Of a stretch of 64,000 nucleotides of DNA, positions 26,185 to 39,007 are shown one piece after another (position 1 is the stretch's first letter; every line of letters begins with the position of its first letter). Both the position numbers and the translations under genes were made by a program. The DNA is taken from the NCBI RefSeq assembly GCF_026571515.1, contig NW_026861320.1:62001-126000 (forward strand), read 5' to 3'. Source of the stretch: Ruditapes philippinarum (lineage: Eukaryota). The notes under the pieces were generated by a model, which did not search any database, was not told the DNA's origin, and saw only the letters and a list, made by a program, of their open reading frames with translations.

Positions 26185-26816
26185 ATGTTTAAACAAGAGT
26201 GATGACGGAGTTTGAGAAATGTTCAAAACATTTGTTTCACAATATTCTATAGATAAATCATAGTCAACGTTAAAAAATACAACTCGTGGTTCAGAAAAAT
26301 ACAAGAGTACACGAGTGAATATTACAAGGACTGAAAAATTGTATTTTTCAAACAAAGAAAACAAAGATTTTTTTCTATGTAATCTAATAGTAGGAACAGT
26401 TGTCTTCGGAAAAGCTTCGAAGGAATTTATATTTTTACTGTCAAGAGATGTCAGAAAATATTGAGAGATTATTTTACTTTATATATGTTTCATGTACAAC
26501 AAAATACTTGTTATTTATGATGATGATATAAATTTCGAATGTTAGGATAGCAGATCTGTGATAGTATGTAACAGGGGGAATACATTCATCTTTACTTAAG
26601 CTCACATTGTGTTTTATTATAACTTGCTAAACACAACTATGTTATTTCTTGTTAAATGTATACACAATAAACGTATTTTTTACAACTTTTAGATTTCCTC
26701 CTATTAATCACCTCATATTAAGCTTTAATTGAAATACTAGCATTTGTAAATATGTTGAAAAAAAAACTCCAACTGGGACAGACTGCCTTTCCCGAACAGA
26801 CATTTGGCCACCTTGG

Positions 26817-27836
26817 TTTTTTATGCCCCCGAAGGGAGGCATAATATAATCGCACCATCTGTCTGTCTGTCTGTCTGTCCGTATGTCTCTCCCACTTCAT
26901 TTGTGTCCGGACTGTAACTTTGTCATACATTGAGGGATTTTGAAATAATTTGGCATAAATGACGACCACATCAAGACGATGTAACACGTCCCTACCGCAA
27001 AGGCAAGGTCACACTATCATTTTGAAGTTTCACATTATCACAATAAGAGTAAATTGGTACACCCATTCGTGTCCGGACTGTAACTTTGTCATGCATCGTA
27101 TGATTTTAAAATAACTATGCATAAATGTCTACCACATTAAGACGATGTGTCTCGTTTAAGAATTACGTCTCTACCTCAAAGGTCAAGGTCACATTAACAT
27201 TTTGAAATTTCACATTATCATAATTAGAATTAATAGGTACACACACTCGTGGCAGGGCTATAACTTTGTCATGCATCAAAGGATTTTAAAATAACTAGAC
27301 ATAAATGTCTACCACATTAAGGCGACATGTCGCGACAAAGATCCATGTCCCTACCTTCAAGGTCAAGGTCACACTTATAGTTTGAAAGTACTCATTCTCT
27401 CGAGAACATTTTGTTGAAGATACACATTCATGTCTGGACTGTAACTTTGTCATGCATGGAAGGATTTAAAAAAACTTGGCACAAATGTCTACCACATCAA
27501 GACAATGTGTTGCGGCTAAGGTTCATGTCCGTCTATCCGTGTGTCCCCACTTACACAACAATCATGTCCAGACTGTAACTATGTCATTCATTGAGGGATT
27601 TTGAAATAATTTGGCACAAATGTCTCATAACAGCATTTTGTCCCGTCTAGGAACCACGTCCCTTCTTCAAAGGTCAAGGTCACACTTATATTTTGAAGGT
27701 TCATGCTATCACAATTAAAGGTGACAGGTACAATAATACAAAGAACAATAGTCAGCAATTAGTTACTTTCATTCTTTTTTCTTTTTATAAAGCCTGCATG
27801 CTTAAAAAACAATTCCGGTGGCATTTGTCACTTGTT
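26817..27836 (+). mobile_element. HINE-like element with diverged ~170-180-bp units
   Basis: TTATGCCCCCGAAGGGAGGCATA start, (CTGT)n, repeated ggactgtaactttgtcatgcat / aaggtcaaggtcacac. A related fragment lies at 50690-50945. Confidence 0.75.
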
Positions 27837-29848
27837 GGCCTTCTATATCCTTAAGGGTTTTAGTGTCTTTTACCAAATGTTTTGCGAACTTGATCCACCA
27901 AAAACATTATTGCGAGGTAAAGGGCACAAATATAGGGTATAAAGCACATTGTTTTAGTTCATCCATTCAGAGAGTGCATCTGGCCAGTGTCTGAATCAGC
28001 ATGAAGTTGTCTTTAAAGGACATCGACTAAGTGTTAAGATTTCGATGAGGATATGCGCATTTAAAAGCTTCTATTGGGATCTGAATATTTCGTATTTTGC
28101 AATAAAGAAATAATACTAGAACAAAATGCTTATAGTTGATAATTAGATACATCATGAAAACAATCTCAAATTAGACTCAAAAATTAAACACAAATATTTT
28201 TCTTTTCAATTTAATTTATTTAGATTTCAAACATATAACATTATATGAACAAGAGCACCACAAAGACGGGAAATATATGTCTGAACAAACGTTTGTTTGA
28301 GTAGTCAAAAATATTTTTTATCAATTAGGGAAGAAAAACATTCATGAAACCTTATGTGCATGATTCACACAACTTCTAAAGAGGTCAAACAATCAATGCT
28401 ACATGTCAAATATTTTAACTTTGTGCATTTTGGTTTCATACAACATAATGTTTTAAGCATACCAATATACGCGAAAATTATTTCGGGTGTATATAATATA
28501 ATAAACTTTTACATGACACTTTTACGAAAATATAAAATATGATAGGAAACTTTGGCTGTTTTGTATCATTTTTGGTAAACATTTATTTTATATATCCAAG
28601 TAACTATACACTGTTTCTATGTTTGCAACAAAATGAAACAACTTTAATTAATAAAGCCACAAATATTCAATTTTAAATGTGTTTGGAAAAAAAAAAAAAT
28701 AAATGTAAAATTTAATCTGCATATTGAATCTTCACTGGGACTTTGTTTTTCATATAAAAACTATTGAAACAATTATTTACCGAACTCGTTCATTTATCGT
28801 AACATCTCTGCTCAAGATAGGTAGTCGTTTTGAAACCCTATAACTGCTTAACAAATAGATTCGTTTTAGCTTATCTGATAACTGATATAAAATAACTATG
28901 ATTTGATTATTCTCTTTGGCACGCTGACGTATTCAGTAAAACAAATATAAACAATTTCGTTTGTGATTAATATGTTTAGAGGGTAACGTTTGATAAGTTT
29001 TTTTTAAACTTATTTACACTATTATATATATGTACATGTATTGTTATAAGTAAGTGAATTTTATTTTGTTTAAATTTTCATCAAAAATATTTACATAATG
29101 CTTTCAATGACATAATTGTTGTGTAAACATGTTTTTGATATTTTAAGTTTCTTCTATTTCGACCTTTTCAACTTGGGTGGTTCCAGCATTCCTACATGAA
29201 TACTGTCTAATCACCCTTATGATATGTTGCCTGCTTTTTAAATTGTCTTTTGACGTCTTATCTGTGATATGTAGGTTTCATAATCTCAGATCCCGTTTCA
29301 AAATTCCATTTTATTCAGTTCCGCCCACTGTTTTCTCGTTTAGGGCACAAGCATTTCTTTACTTTGGGACCATATGCCGCTTTTCATGGAATGACACTTA
29401 CATGTACGTGTCACATTGAAGGTTCCATGATTACCGTCATATGAACACATCTGCGGATGTTTCTAATTTTCAAATTGTACCAGTTCGTGTTAAATGTTGA
29501 ATTCTGCTTAAGCCGGTGCTAGGAGGCGTGGACGGTAATTTTCACTTTCCAGTACTGTCCATGAACAGGCTCAATCAAACCGAATCTGCAACATTTTCAA
29601 TTTTGCCGTGTTGGGCTTTCTTTAGGGATTCTGTTTTTCTCTATTTTAATTCTTCTACAAGTCTGACAAATCATGCATAACTTTACACATCGTAAGCATG
29701 ACACATTTTTCCTAGATCAAATAAACTAAATTATATATCTATACTATTCCATTTTCAAATATATGACAAGTTAAACCTTTCTGTAAAAAGAACATGTTTT
29801 CATATCGTCAGTTCGCACTCACAGAAACCTAGTGCTTCCATTTTCATT

Positions 29849-31960
29849 TTAACGCAAACCTGGACTCAACATGGAGCTCACTAGTCTACAGATATGAAAC
29901 TTTGCAGCATTATTTCTGCCTCGTATTTGCAAAGATAACAGGTAACACTTTAAAGCAGCATCCATTCTGTTTTCTTGCTCCATACACTGACCTAGAAGAT
30001 TAAGTGCTGTTTCTTTGTGTCCGAAATTTGGCTCCTCTGTAATGCATTTCGCAAGGTTGGAAATGGCTGCCTGTTTATCACGATGTCTTCTGAGATGAGA
30101 ATATGTCTTATACTGTAGAAAGTATAAATACGGCAGAGAATCTACCACAGCCATATTCATCCATTCATCATATTCACCTCTATAAGGGATGTCTTGTTGC
30201 GGTGATCTGAACATTTCATGTTGGAGTTCCTTCGGACAACAGTTTATTTCGCATCGTAGAAACCTGACACATGACGCAGTTATACTCTGTAACAATGCAT
30301 ATTCATTATTTGCTTCATAACATAATTTATTGAATGCCTGTTTGGGTTTAGATTCTTTAAAATCGTAGCACTTACATATTGATACAACTACACGGAGATC
30401 ATAATTTTCTTCAATGTTTTTCAAAATGATTTCTGCCCTCTCAATATCACCAGTACAATAGAAAATTGAGGCTAGTTTCAGTTTACCCGATGCTACATCA
30501 ATGTTTAGACCTAACGTCATCAAAACGATAGACTCTCGGCATACACCACGTTTACTTTGTATGTTAATTGAAGCCAGTGCGGATCCTGAATGCATGCTTA
30601 GACATTTAACTATTGCACTACATGCTAATTTAGTTTGCCCTTGATTCATATCATGAGTTACTTTCATAAGGTATTTATATAATGTTTTCAATAGAAGTCT
30701 AATAGGATTGCTTTTATTCATGTTATTGAGCAAGACCATGACACAGTCATTGATTGTTTGAGCAGTATTGTTAACTAGTTGTCCTGACATCATACAAGAC
30801 ATGTATTCAGGAACAATCTCTACTAATCTCAAAAATGTGTTTTGAATTCTAAACCCAAGTTGGTCACATTCTATTTCAAGTAAAGCACTTCCGTTACTGC
30901 TTATAATGTAAGAGAGTCTATCTAGTATGATTTGTTTTGTTACTACAGTAAAACGTCTCGCCATTAAATTGTTCTCTGGGATGATAAAATGTGGGCAATA
31001 GTCATTTACAATACAATTGTAAAGTATTGTTAGACAGTAATTTAGACAAATCAGTAAGGTGTTTTCGTTCCAAGCATTGTTGACTGTACTTTTAATACTA
31101 TGAAGTAAGACCGTTTTACACATAAAACTTGAAATGCTATCAGGGCATTGTGTGGTTATAAACGTTTTAAGAATCATTTTCATTAAGACAAAGCATCTGA
31201 TTTGTGTTATATTGAGACTAAACATTAAATATCGCTCGGCAAGGGAAGTGGATATTCTCCATTCAAGTTCTTCATTAACACTGTATCTGCTTCCAACTCC
31301 TACAACGAAACACCCCATATCTTTACAATACTGTTTCATATCGTTTGTAGGCCACTGACCTTCAACTTGCTGATTCATCCATTGTCTAGCTTGCAATGGC
31401 CACTGTTGACAAAAAAATCCAAGGACAATGTCATCACCATAGAAGCCAGGTATTTCACCCAGTGATCGTGCTGGACCATGTCTAACACGCCTATCATCCG
31501 CCGCTGGATGAACTATTGAATTCTTTAATAATACTCTTCCTACTCTATCGCTATACCAGCTCTGATTACACACATTATCTTCTTGAAGTGGAGCATCCTT
31601 TCTTAGTATCTGTAATAAGCAATATCCTGGTGATACAGTATCATCCTGTATCATTAACAGGTTTTGTTTACCAGGTTCCCATTCACTCCAGTCTTGTATC
31701 ACTTTGTACATGGGAAGTGTGAAAAGTAAATCTGTGTCAGAATTAAGTCCAACTGTTGTAGTGCCCTCTACTCTACTACCTAAGGAATACACATTGACAT
31801 CTCCATGTGTTAATAATTGTTGTCCTATTGTTTTTAATGTTTCTTCAAACAGACGTAGTCGCCTTTGTTTTATTACCATTCTTTCGTTCACACCTATCTC
31901 ATCAAGTACTTTAGACAGTCTGAGTGACACATTGCGAGTGTAATCAGGAATTTCCGACAT
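29849..31960 (-). CDS. cGAS-like receptor (cGLR; Mab-21 nucleotidyltransferase + C-terminal TPR region), intact, 703 aa, single coding exon
   Basis: Uninterrupted ORF with NTase motifs LGSRVEG...SDTDLLF and GDDIV, Mab-21 motifs HGPA, WPLQARQW, WRISTSLAE, SSFMCKT, CPHFIIPENNL, and a TPR-like end (ETALNLLGQCMEQENRMDAALKCYLLSL). The true start is probably MSEIPD at 31960, because a splice acceptor (tatttacag|G ATG) precedes it and the paralogue starts at the same position. The ORF track's extra 11 aa would then be intronic. Confidence 0.9.
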   Translation of the reverse strand: MSEIPDYTRNVSLRLSKVLDEIGVNERMVIKQRRLRLFEETLKTIGQQLLTHGDVNVYSLGSRVEGTTTVGLNSDTDLLFTLPMYKVIQDWSEWEPGKQNLLMIQDDTVSPGYCLLQILRKDAPLQEDNVCNQSWYSDRVGRVLLKNSIVHPAADDRRVRHGPARSLGEIPGFYGDDIVLGFFCQQWPLQARQWMNQQVEGQWPTNDMKQYCKDMGCFVVGVGSRYSVNEELEWRISTSLAERYLMFSLNITQIRCFVLMKMILKTFITTQCPDSISSFMCKTVLLHSIKSTVNNAWNENTLLICLNYCLTILYNCIVNDYCPHFIIPENNLMARRFTVVTKQIILDRLSYIISSNGSALLEIECDQLGFRIQNTFLRLVEIVPEYMSCMMSGQLVNNTAQTINDCVMVLLNNMNKSNPIRLLLKTLYKYLMKVTHDMNQGQTKLACSAIVKCLSMHSGSALASINIQSKRGVCRESIVLMTLGLNIDVASGKLKLASIFYCTGDIERAEIILKNIEENYDLRVVVSICKCYDFKESKPKQAFNKLCYEANNEYALLQSITASCVRFLRCEINCCPKELQHEMFRSPQQDIPYRGEYDEWMNMAVVDSLPYLYFLQYKTYSHLRRHRDKQAAISNLAKCITEEPNFGHKETALNLLGQCMEQENRMDAALKCYLLSLQIRGRNNAAKFHICRLVSSMLSPGLR

Positions 31961-32790
31961 CCTGTAAATATAATTAAAAATTATTATTTTCATCGTAAAT
32001 ACAAGTTACAATAACTAAAGAAAATGCATGTCTACAATTGACTTTGTAAATATAAAATCAAATTTTCTTCTGGAGATGTAATTTTCAGCACAACATGAAT
32101 AATTAAACAGTAAATAAATTGTTATATTTTATGTTTGTTCTGTTCATTTTGTTATTTTATTATAGTCTGTTTTATGGAACCTTTAAAGAATCTTTCTATT
32201 GAGATATTTTCTTTACACAGATTAAAAGCATTTAACCAACTCTGACTTGAAATTGACACAATAATGGAATTAATTCCTATTTCATTTGTTCCTTAAATAT
32301 AATATATGCTAAAAGAATAATGAAAGAATACTAATTTTAAAAAGAAAACAACATATATGGATTGTTGTTCAAAAGAAAAGATAAAAAAAATGTTATGTTA
32401 TATCCTTCCGTTGATCCTCAATATAAAATTTATAACCCATTTACAATATACTTTATTGAATATAATTATACCCCCCAAAGACCTTACTCATAATTTAAAA
32501 TGTTTAAAAAAAAAGAACATCAAGTGATCAATAAATAATGGTAAATAACTTGTATTATTTACATGATTAAGATCTTGTGTGTTTGGGAAGAATAAGAATA
32601 TTCGAATAAAAGAAATTATCTTTTTATGATTTATGTATTTATTACACCTTCAATATTTTTTGTAGATAGTTTAAAAATTGAAATTTATAATGCTTAAACA
32701 TCCAAGTAAAACAATTAATGCTATTTTTACACGACATGCAGAAGTAAAGTATTGGTCAATTTACCTACATTCAACTTAAAAATAAATATT

Positions 32791-32833
32791 GAAAACAGAA
32801 ACTGACAAAACAAACATACCTTGGGAACTTCCC
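32791..32833. promoter_or_regulatory. IRF/ISRE and NF-kB motifs 5' of the intact cGLR; possible 5'UTR-exon donor
   Basis: GAAAACAGAAACT (32791-32803) and GGGAACTTCCC (32823-32833). A minus-strand donor AAG|GTATGT lies at ~32819. Confidence 0.55.
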
Positions 32834-34021
32834 TATTTTCTTACAAGGTATTAAAAGAATCACTGATGAGAGATATTACAAGATTCTCATTATAGTCTCT
32901 AGTTAAATTTCTTAAAAATTAGATGTCGATCGTACCAAATCCCATCAATAAATCTAAATAAACAATTAAGTGCACATATTCTTTTATTAATTTTATTCTA
33001 AACAAGGAAGTTAATATTTCTTTGCCCTCATGTTTTGACAAACGATAATGTCTTTTTCGCATGAACTAGGTCAACGATTAAGTAAGTATACTGTGCTCCT
33101 CTTAGTTCACGGTACTTAACACTTTAAACAGTAAAGAACACAAACAATAAACTTACACTAAAAAATGTCATAAACTGTATCATTTAGTCATTTTTCTGCT
33201 ATATGACACAAGGAAACAACAATAATTCAATCAAAATTAGTTTTACTTTGTCAGATGAAACCGTGTGTCGCCATTTAAAAAACAGTAATGTCATCAATTT
33301 ACCTCGCGGTAATGGTGTTTTATTTCAGTTTTTCTCATGTTTCAGTTAAAATTTTTTTAAGTTATTTTGCATAATTTAAATTATTAAAAGTAATTTTACA
33401 TTGTAACTCAAAATTTATTTTTTCAACAAACAAGACATTTAGAAAATGATGATTTGTTTCAGACGTATGCACAAATTTAATGGACTATTGTTGTTTTTTG
33501 CAGAAGTTTGTAAGATGTTGTTCAGTTTTTACGTAAAATCTATAGATTTAAATTATTTTGCACAGAAACTTTGTTGTTAAGGTGTTTGAATTAAATATGT
33601 CAATTCTGACCAATTATAACAATGGTCACATGAAAATATGCCATTACCGTGAGATAAATGATGACGCGGAATTAGTGATGTTGAGTATAAGCCATGTAAG
33701 TAAATAAGAAAAAATACAAAATTTACCAAATTAAATTAGTCAAGAACGAATTAACGAACAATTTAATTTGGAAAACGCTAACCTAACCAATTTGATGTTT
33801 AAAACAGCCGATGAACTAGCTTACTAGTTAAAGTAAATATGTTCTGATTCATGTGTAACTGAAATCTTAAACGTGTCTTTAACCTGCGGCAATCCTTTTG
33901 AGCTACTATATAGTGTCTCAATATTACTCAATAATGAAATAAAATATGTTTGAATATGAAAATCAATTAGTCGAAATAAATACCTGTTAAGTTAAGCAGC
34001 TTGAAAACTTGATCATAAATT

Positions 34022-34046
34022 GAAAAGGAAAACTAGGGGGAATTCC
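34022..34046 (+). promoter_or_regulatory. Composite IRF-like + NF-kB motif, about 2.1 kb upstream of the intact cGLR
   Basis: GAAAAGGAAAACTAGGGGGAATTCC; paralogous to 421-444. Confidence 0.6.
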
Positions 34047-36742
34047 ACCTTGTTGATAAAGCTACGCATTTGGCAATCGGAACACCTCGATTAATTTACG
34101 GAAAGGGCCGAAAATGTGTGATTTCTCTGCGCGAGGTTACTTCCCTTTATCATACGTACGTGAGCAAGAAATGGACCTAGAGACTTGCCAATTAGAATCG
34201 TTGTCTGAACTGTAATAGAACACAATAAATAGCAATTTGAAGACTGAATGTGCATTGCCATTGTAAATGCTTTATTTTAAGGTAAACAAGCATTTTCGTA
34301 ATTTAACATGTACAGAAATACTCCATGACCCGATTTTAGACAACATAGTCGTTATTGCCCTAGAATACTGACCTGAGTTTCTTTACTAGAATAAGGTATA
34401 TTTATCCGATCCAGACAAAAATATTTGGAAAAAAGGGAATCCCTCAGAAGCAAGGAAAACGACAATATCAAGTGGTTCAAATTTGAGACTAAGTAAATCA
34501 AACGTACGGTAGCTATGTAGCCACGTCTGTGGTTAAATAGCGTATAGGGCGGCTGGAAATTTGCCATATAACCTATACTGTATGATGTGATGCGTGATGT
34601 ATATGGTAAACCCGATAAAAATGTAGTCCAAATTTCGTGTTCATACATATGGGCTGGATGCATAAAGGTTTTTGCCGATGACGGAAATCTCAGCGATGAT
34701 AATAGCTTTTCGAAACAAATGTGCTAAAATTAGAATTATATAAACATTGATTTTTTATATCTTTTAGATTTTGTATTATAAAAGCAGATGCTGACTTCAT
34801 TTATATAATTTTGGAAATCTTTTTTTTTTAACTTGTGAGAATAAAATAGTAAAACAGTTATTCAATTCTATATTTATTCATCAATAAACCACATAAATAT
34901 CACATATTACCATTATATCACAGGCCTTTTTTTCACAATTATGCCACAATTTTATTCATAAAATGAGGGACAAAATGTACCCATTAACCTTTGTAACAGA
35001 GAATTTGTACGTTTTATTTTTAGAGCAAAGAAAAATTATTAAAAAATTCATCAACCATTCTTTACTATCTTTTTCAGATACCAACTCGACCTGTTTACGA
35101 ACAGTGGCAATCCAAAAAGAGTTTTGTGAATTATAAAAAATACTCAAGTCTAATGCATGATTATATCATTACTTTAAATAAAGAATGAATAGTTGTAAAT
35201 AAAGCTTTTGACATTTGACAATAAATTTAAAATGTGTGTTGTTGGCTGCACAATATTTTTGACAGAAGAAGATATTGTAGTGAATAATTAAATAGAGTCC
35301 AGTGTACGAGGTTCCCGCACAGGACCCAGGTCCCCGCAACTTTCCCATTTTTCTTTTGTCTTGAAAATTCAAATGAATCTTTATTCAGTTTTCATTTGTG
35401 TTTTACTGAACTGTCCTGGTTTTAACAGGATATTGATAATCTGGGATCTTGCCCCAAAGCCTTTCCCCCTTAGAGAGTGGCACACGAAAATGCAAATACA
35501 TGTAATGGCTGTGTAGGTCACATAAAAAACAAAACACCCTTTTTCAGCAATTAAAACCAAATGCTAATTTCTATTTCAATGTTAAGTTATTTATAAAAAT
35601 ATTATTTGAAAAAATGTTATGTTTTTGTTTTTGGGCAAAATTGCTGTTATTATGAAATATAGGGCACATGATTTTAACTTCCCCCAATAACAAAGCGTCA
35701 AGTCATTTCATTGATTTTTTTTGTTTAAAATGATACTAAAACTCTTAATCGAACAAGTCATAACTAAACAGATGAAAAAAACTTCAACAATTTATTTTTT
35801 TTATGTCTGTGTTTACTACCTACAAGTGGTAAAAAAGTATGTTTCCATTGCTGTTACATGTTTCCTGTGTGCTACTATGCTTGGAAATAAATGATTGTAT
35901 ACTGTAGTAAGAATGTGCTTTAAATTTATTTGAACTCCTGAAATGTTATTTGAGAATATTTTAACATCTTTTTGATTATTTATATGGATTGTAAATGTCA
36001 TTTGCATTGTGTAAATTACTGTCTTAGTTAACTTCAAAATATTTTACTTAAAAAACTCAATTTCCAACATTTTCATGAAAATTAACATAAATCTATGCTG
36101 CTTTAAAATAAAACAATACCATACAATTACAATCTTAATTAATAAGAAATTAATATTCAAAATAAATAAAAGAATGTTTCAAAATGAATACCCTATAATA
36201 TATTACTACATAATAAACATAAATTTTGAGTACATTTTTTTGTAGTTATATGTGAAACAAAAATGGATTTCGGTATCAACAGTATTCATGGCATTTCTAA
36301 AGTTCTTTACTAAAAGTGTTCTGTTTATCATTAAAACAAGAGGTATGTGATGGCACTGTATTGCTCACCTGAGGCATATTGCAGAGGAAAGTAATTTGGT
36401 CACTTTCAGGGTCTGTCATTTTTTAGCCAATATGAATAATTTATAAAATAGTTTAAGATGTATGCCATAAAACATGCTAAATATAAAAGTTCTTCAAACA
36501 AAAAATGTATAAATGTGTTTTACTCTATCTTATTCAATATAACGTAAATGTTGGTCAATTTCAATCCAAGGGGAATACTTAATATAACTTTGTAAAGGAA
36601 CCACAAGGAGTACTACCTGCCAAAGCATTTTGCACACACATGAGCAAAAACAATTTTTAAGTATAAACACATTAAAATAAGAAAAATATATTAAAAGTTT
36701 TAGAACATCTGGTGCTTTTCCGCTTTAAAGACAATCTTTCTT

Positions 36743-37589
36743 AACAAGAGCTGTCACAGAAGAACAGCAAAGCTCGACTAATAAAATACTGGATGCAGTA
36801 AGGAAGACAAAACTATGAAGAAAAAAATCAATTATGTATAATTATGTATTAAGTTATGGTAAAAAAAAACATTGTTTACATAAATTCCAAGATCAAGGGG
36901 AATAATTCTAGAAATAGTCAAGCTAGAGTTATGAACCTGGTCAAACAACATGGGTGTAATGATAAAAAATATATATTTGAAGTACAGATACCTTAAAAAG
37001 TAAAGACGTTATAATATTCTTAAAGAAAATCCTAAGTTCAAAGAGAGATAAATCTGTAAATTTTGCTTCAAGAGTTATGAACATTGTCACATAAAATGTA
37101 ATTGATGATAAGGAATAAGTATTTGAAGTTTGAGGTAGATACCTTTAAAACTAAAACATTATTGTAAAAAATAACATTTTTCTAGTAAAAATCTATGTTT
37201 ATGGGAAGATAATTCTTGCAATATTGGTGCTACAGTTATGAACCTTGTCACATAACATGTGGTTAAGGAAAAGGTACATATATTTGAAGTATGAAAATGA
37301 TCCCTTAAGAAATAAAGAAGTATCAGTCAAAAATAGTATTTTTAAGGAAAATTCTAAGTTCAAGGGGAGAAAAATCTGAAAAAATTGGTTCTAGAGTTAT
37401 GAACATTGTCACATAATATGTGGTTGATGATAAGGAACATATGTTTGAAGTTGATGACTTAAAAAATGACAAAGTAATAGTGAAAAATATTTTACTGCAC
37501 CAAAACTTAAATCTGAAATCTGGACACGGATGCTGAAGCCGGGACGAGTAGGACAGCTCTCCATATACTTCGTATAGTCGAGCTAAAAA
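36743..37589 (-). mobile_element. HINE-like element (reverse orientation) in the FICD 3' flank
   Basis: AACAAGAGCTGTC...GACAGCTC...GTCGAGCTAAAAA ends and internal agagttatgaac.ttgtcac units. It is absent at the paralogous site (~5162). Confidence 0.78.
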
Positions 37590-39007
37590 TTAATTATATT
37601 ATCAGTTTCACAGCTATCATTTCTGTACTTGTTATTTTGTTTTGTTCAATGGAAACAAATCTTAAGCATACATTTACACAATCACAAAGCACCAACATGA
37701 TTTAACAACAAAAATATCAGATCTAAGCCATAAGTACCTAACAAATAAATACCAATCCATTTAAATCATCAATAATTGTACATACAAACACCATCCTTAA
37801 AGAGACAGTAACCTGGTCTAATAAAGCCATGCACAAAGAAACACACAGTATTATTGCACTTAATACATGTAAATTTAAATCCATAAAATATTATGGATAT
37901 GAGGACACAGGTTGGATTGTCTCCCTTGTATCAGTCTGTATATACATTTGTATATATATTTTATACACAAACAAAAGCATGTAATGATTCTATTTTACAT
38001 CAAAATAACTTTATGGAAACCATTATGTAAGAATGGATTTACAGAATATGATATCTTTTACCAGGTAATTGTAAAAAAAATCTGTAAGGAATTGTTTGCA
38101 CTAGAATGTATTCAAACATATATCTAAAGAAAATGAATTAGAAATTTAATTTCAGCAATATTTATATATATGTATTAAATGTACATAATAATGTATTAAT
38201 ATGTATATAACGATGAACTGTAAATGTTCAAGTTAGACAAATAAATTTTCTGTTGTTTTTTTTCTGTTATAGAAATGGTCCAGTGACCCTACCCTATACT
38301 TTTTACAAAAAAGTCTTATCAACTCATTTAAGTTATTAACTAGCATTTATACAATCAGGGCGTTCACTAGCCATGACATCCTGAGGGTCATGTTGACTAA
38401 GTAACATGTATGACAGTATCTAATAAACACACTGAGAAAATGGTTTGATGTGGTTAAACAATGATGATATAAATGCAAGAGCAAGTAAAATGAAAATAAC
38501 TTTTCCCAAAGAAAATTAAGTAAACAAAACAATTACAATACATTCATATCATTGCAGGCATCCGAGAGGTAAAACAATTTTCCTGAATATCATACTAAAA
38601 CTAAATATTTTCATTAGAGCAAAGTACAAGAGAAGGTTGTTCTTTAAGTTAGAGTAACAAGCTTTTCCCTTTTGTTTATATAGTCTTTAGAAATAGTTCA
38701 AATACATCAACAATATTTGCAGCACCTCCTCAACATTTCATCTTTACACATGTTACGATTTTCATTAAACATTAAATCAAATGCAATAAAAAATAATTGC
38801 TTTCCCTTCACGTCGACAAATCTCAGCTGAGTCCCTTTAAGACTGGTGCTAGCACTTTAAAGACCAGGCCTAGCAGTTTAAAGAACAGGCTAACTTTAAA
38901 ACATAAACAAAAGGTCATTAGATGACTCATATTAAAATATCACAATGAGATTATATATAACAGATAGCAAAATAAATAATAAATTTATGTGATTAATTTC
39001 CCTAACA

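Noticed and set aside
26730-28030. Decayed minus-strand ORF split by the HINE (HWPDALSEWMN...; KTKVAKCLFGKGSLSQLE) as a fourth Mab-21 relic
   Set aside because: Only a short W-P-x5-W resemblance, with stops and no other Mab-21 motif; cannot be supported without a search.
31134-31943. Plus-strand ORFs over the cGLRs (also 7770-7952, 9439-9624), over FICD (39396-39897, 42571-42891) and minus-strand ORFs over DDX51 (51772-52219, 59801-59989)
   Set aside because: Antisense shadows of real coding sequence.
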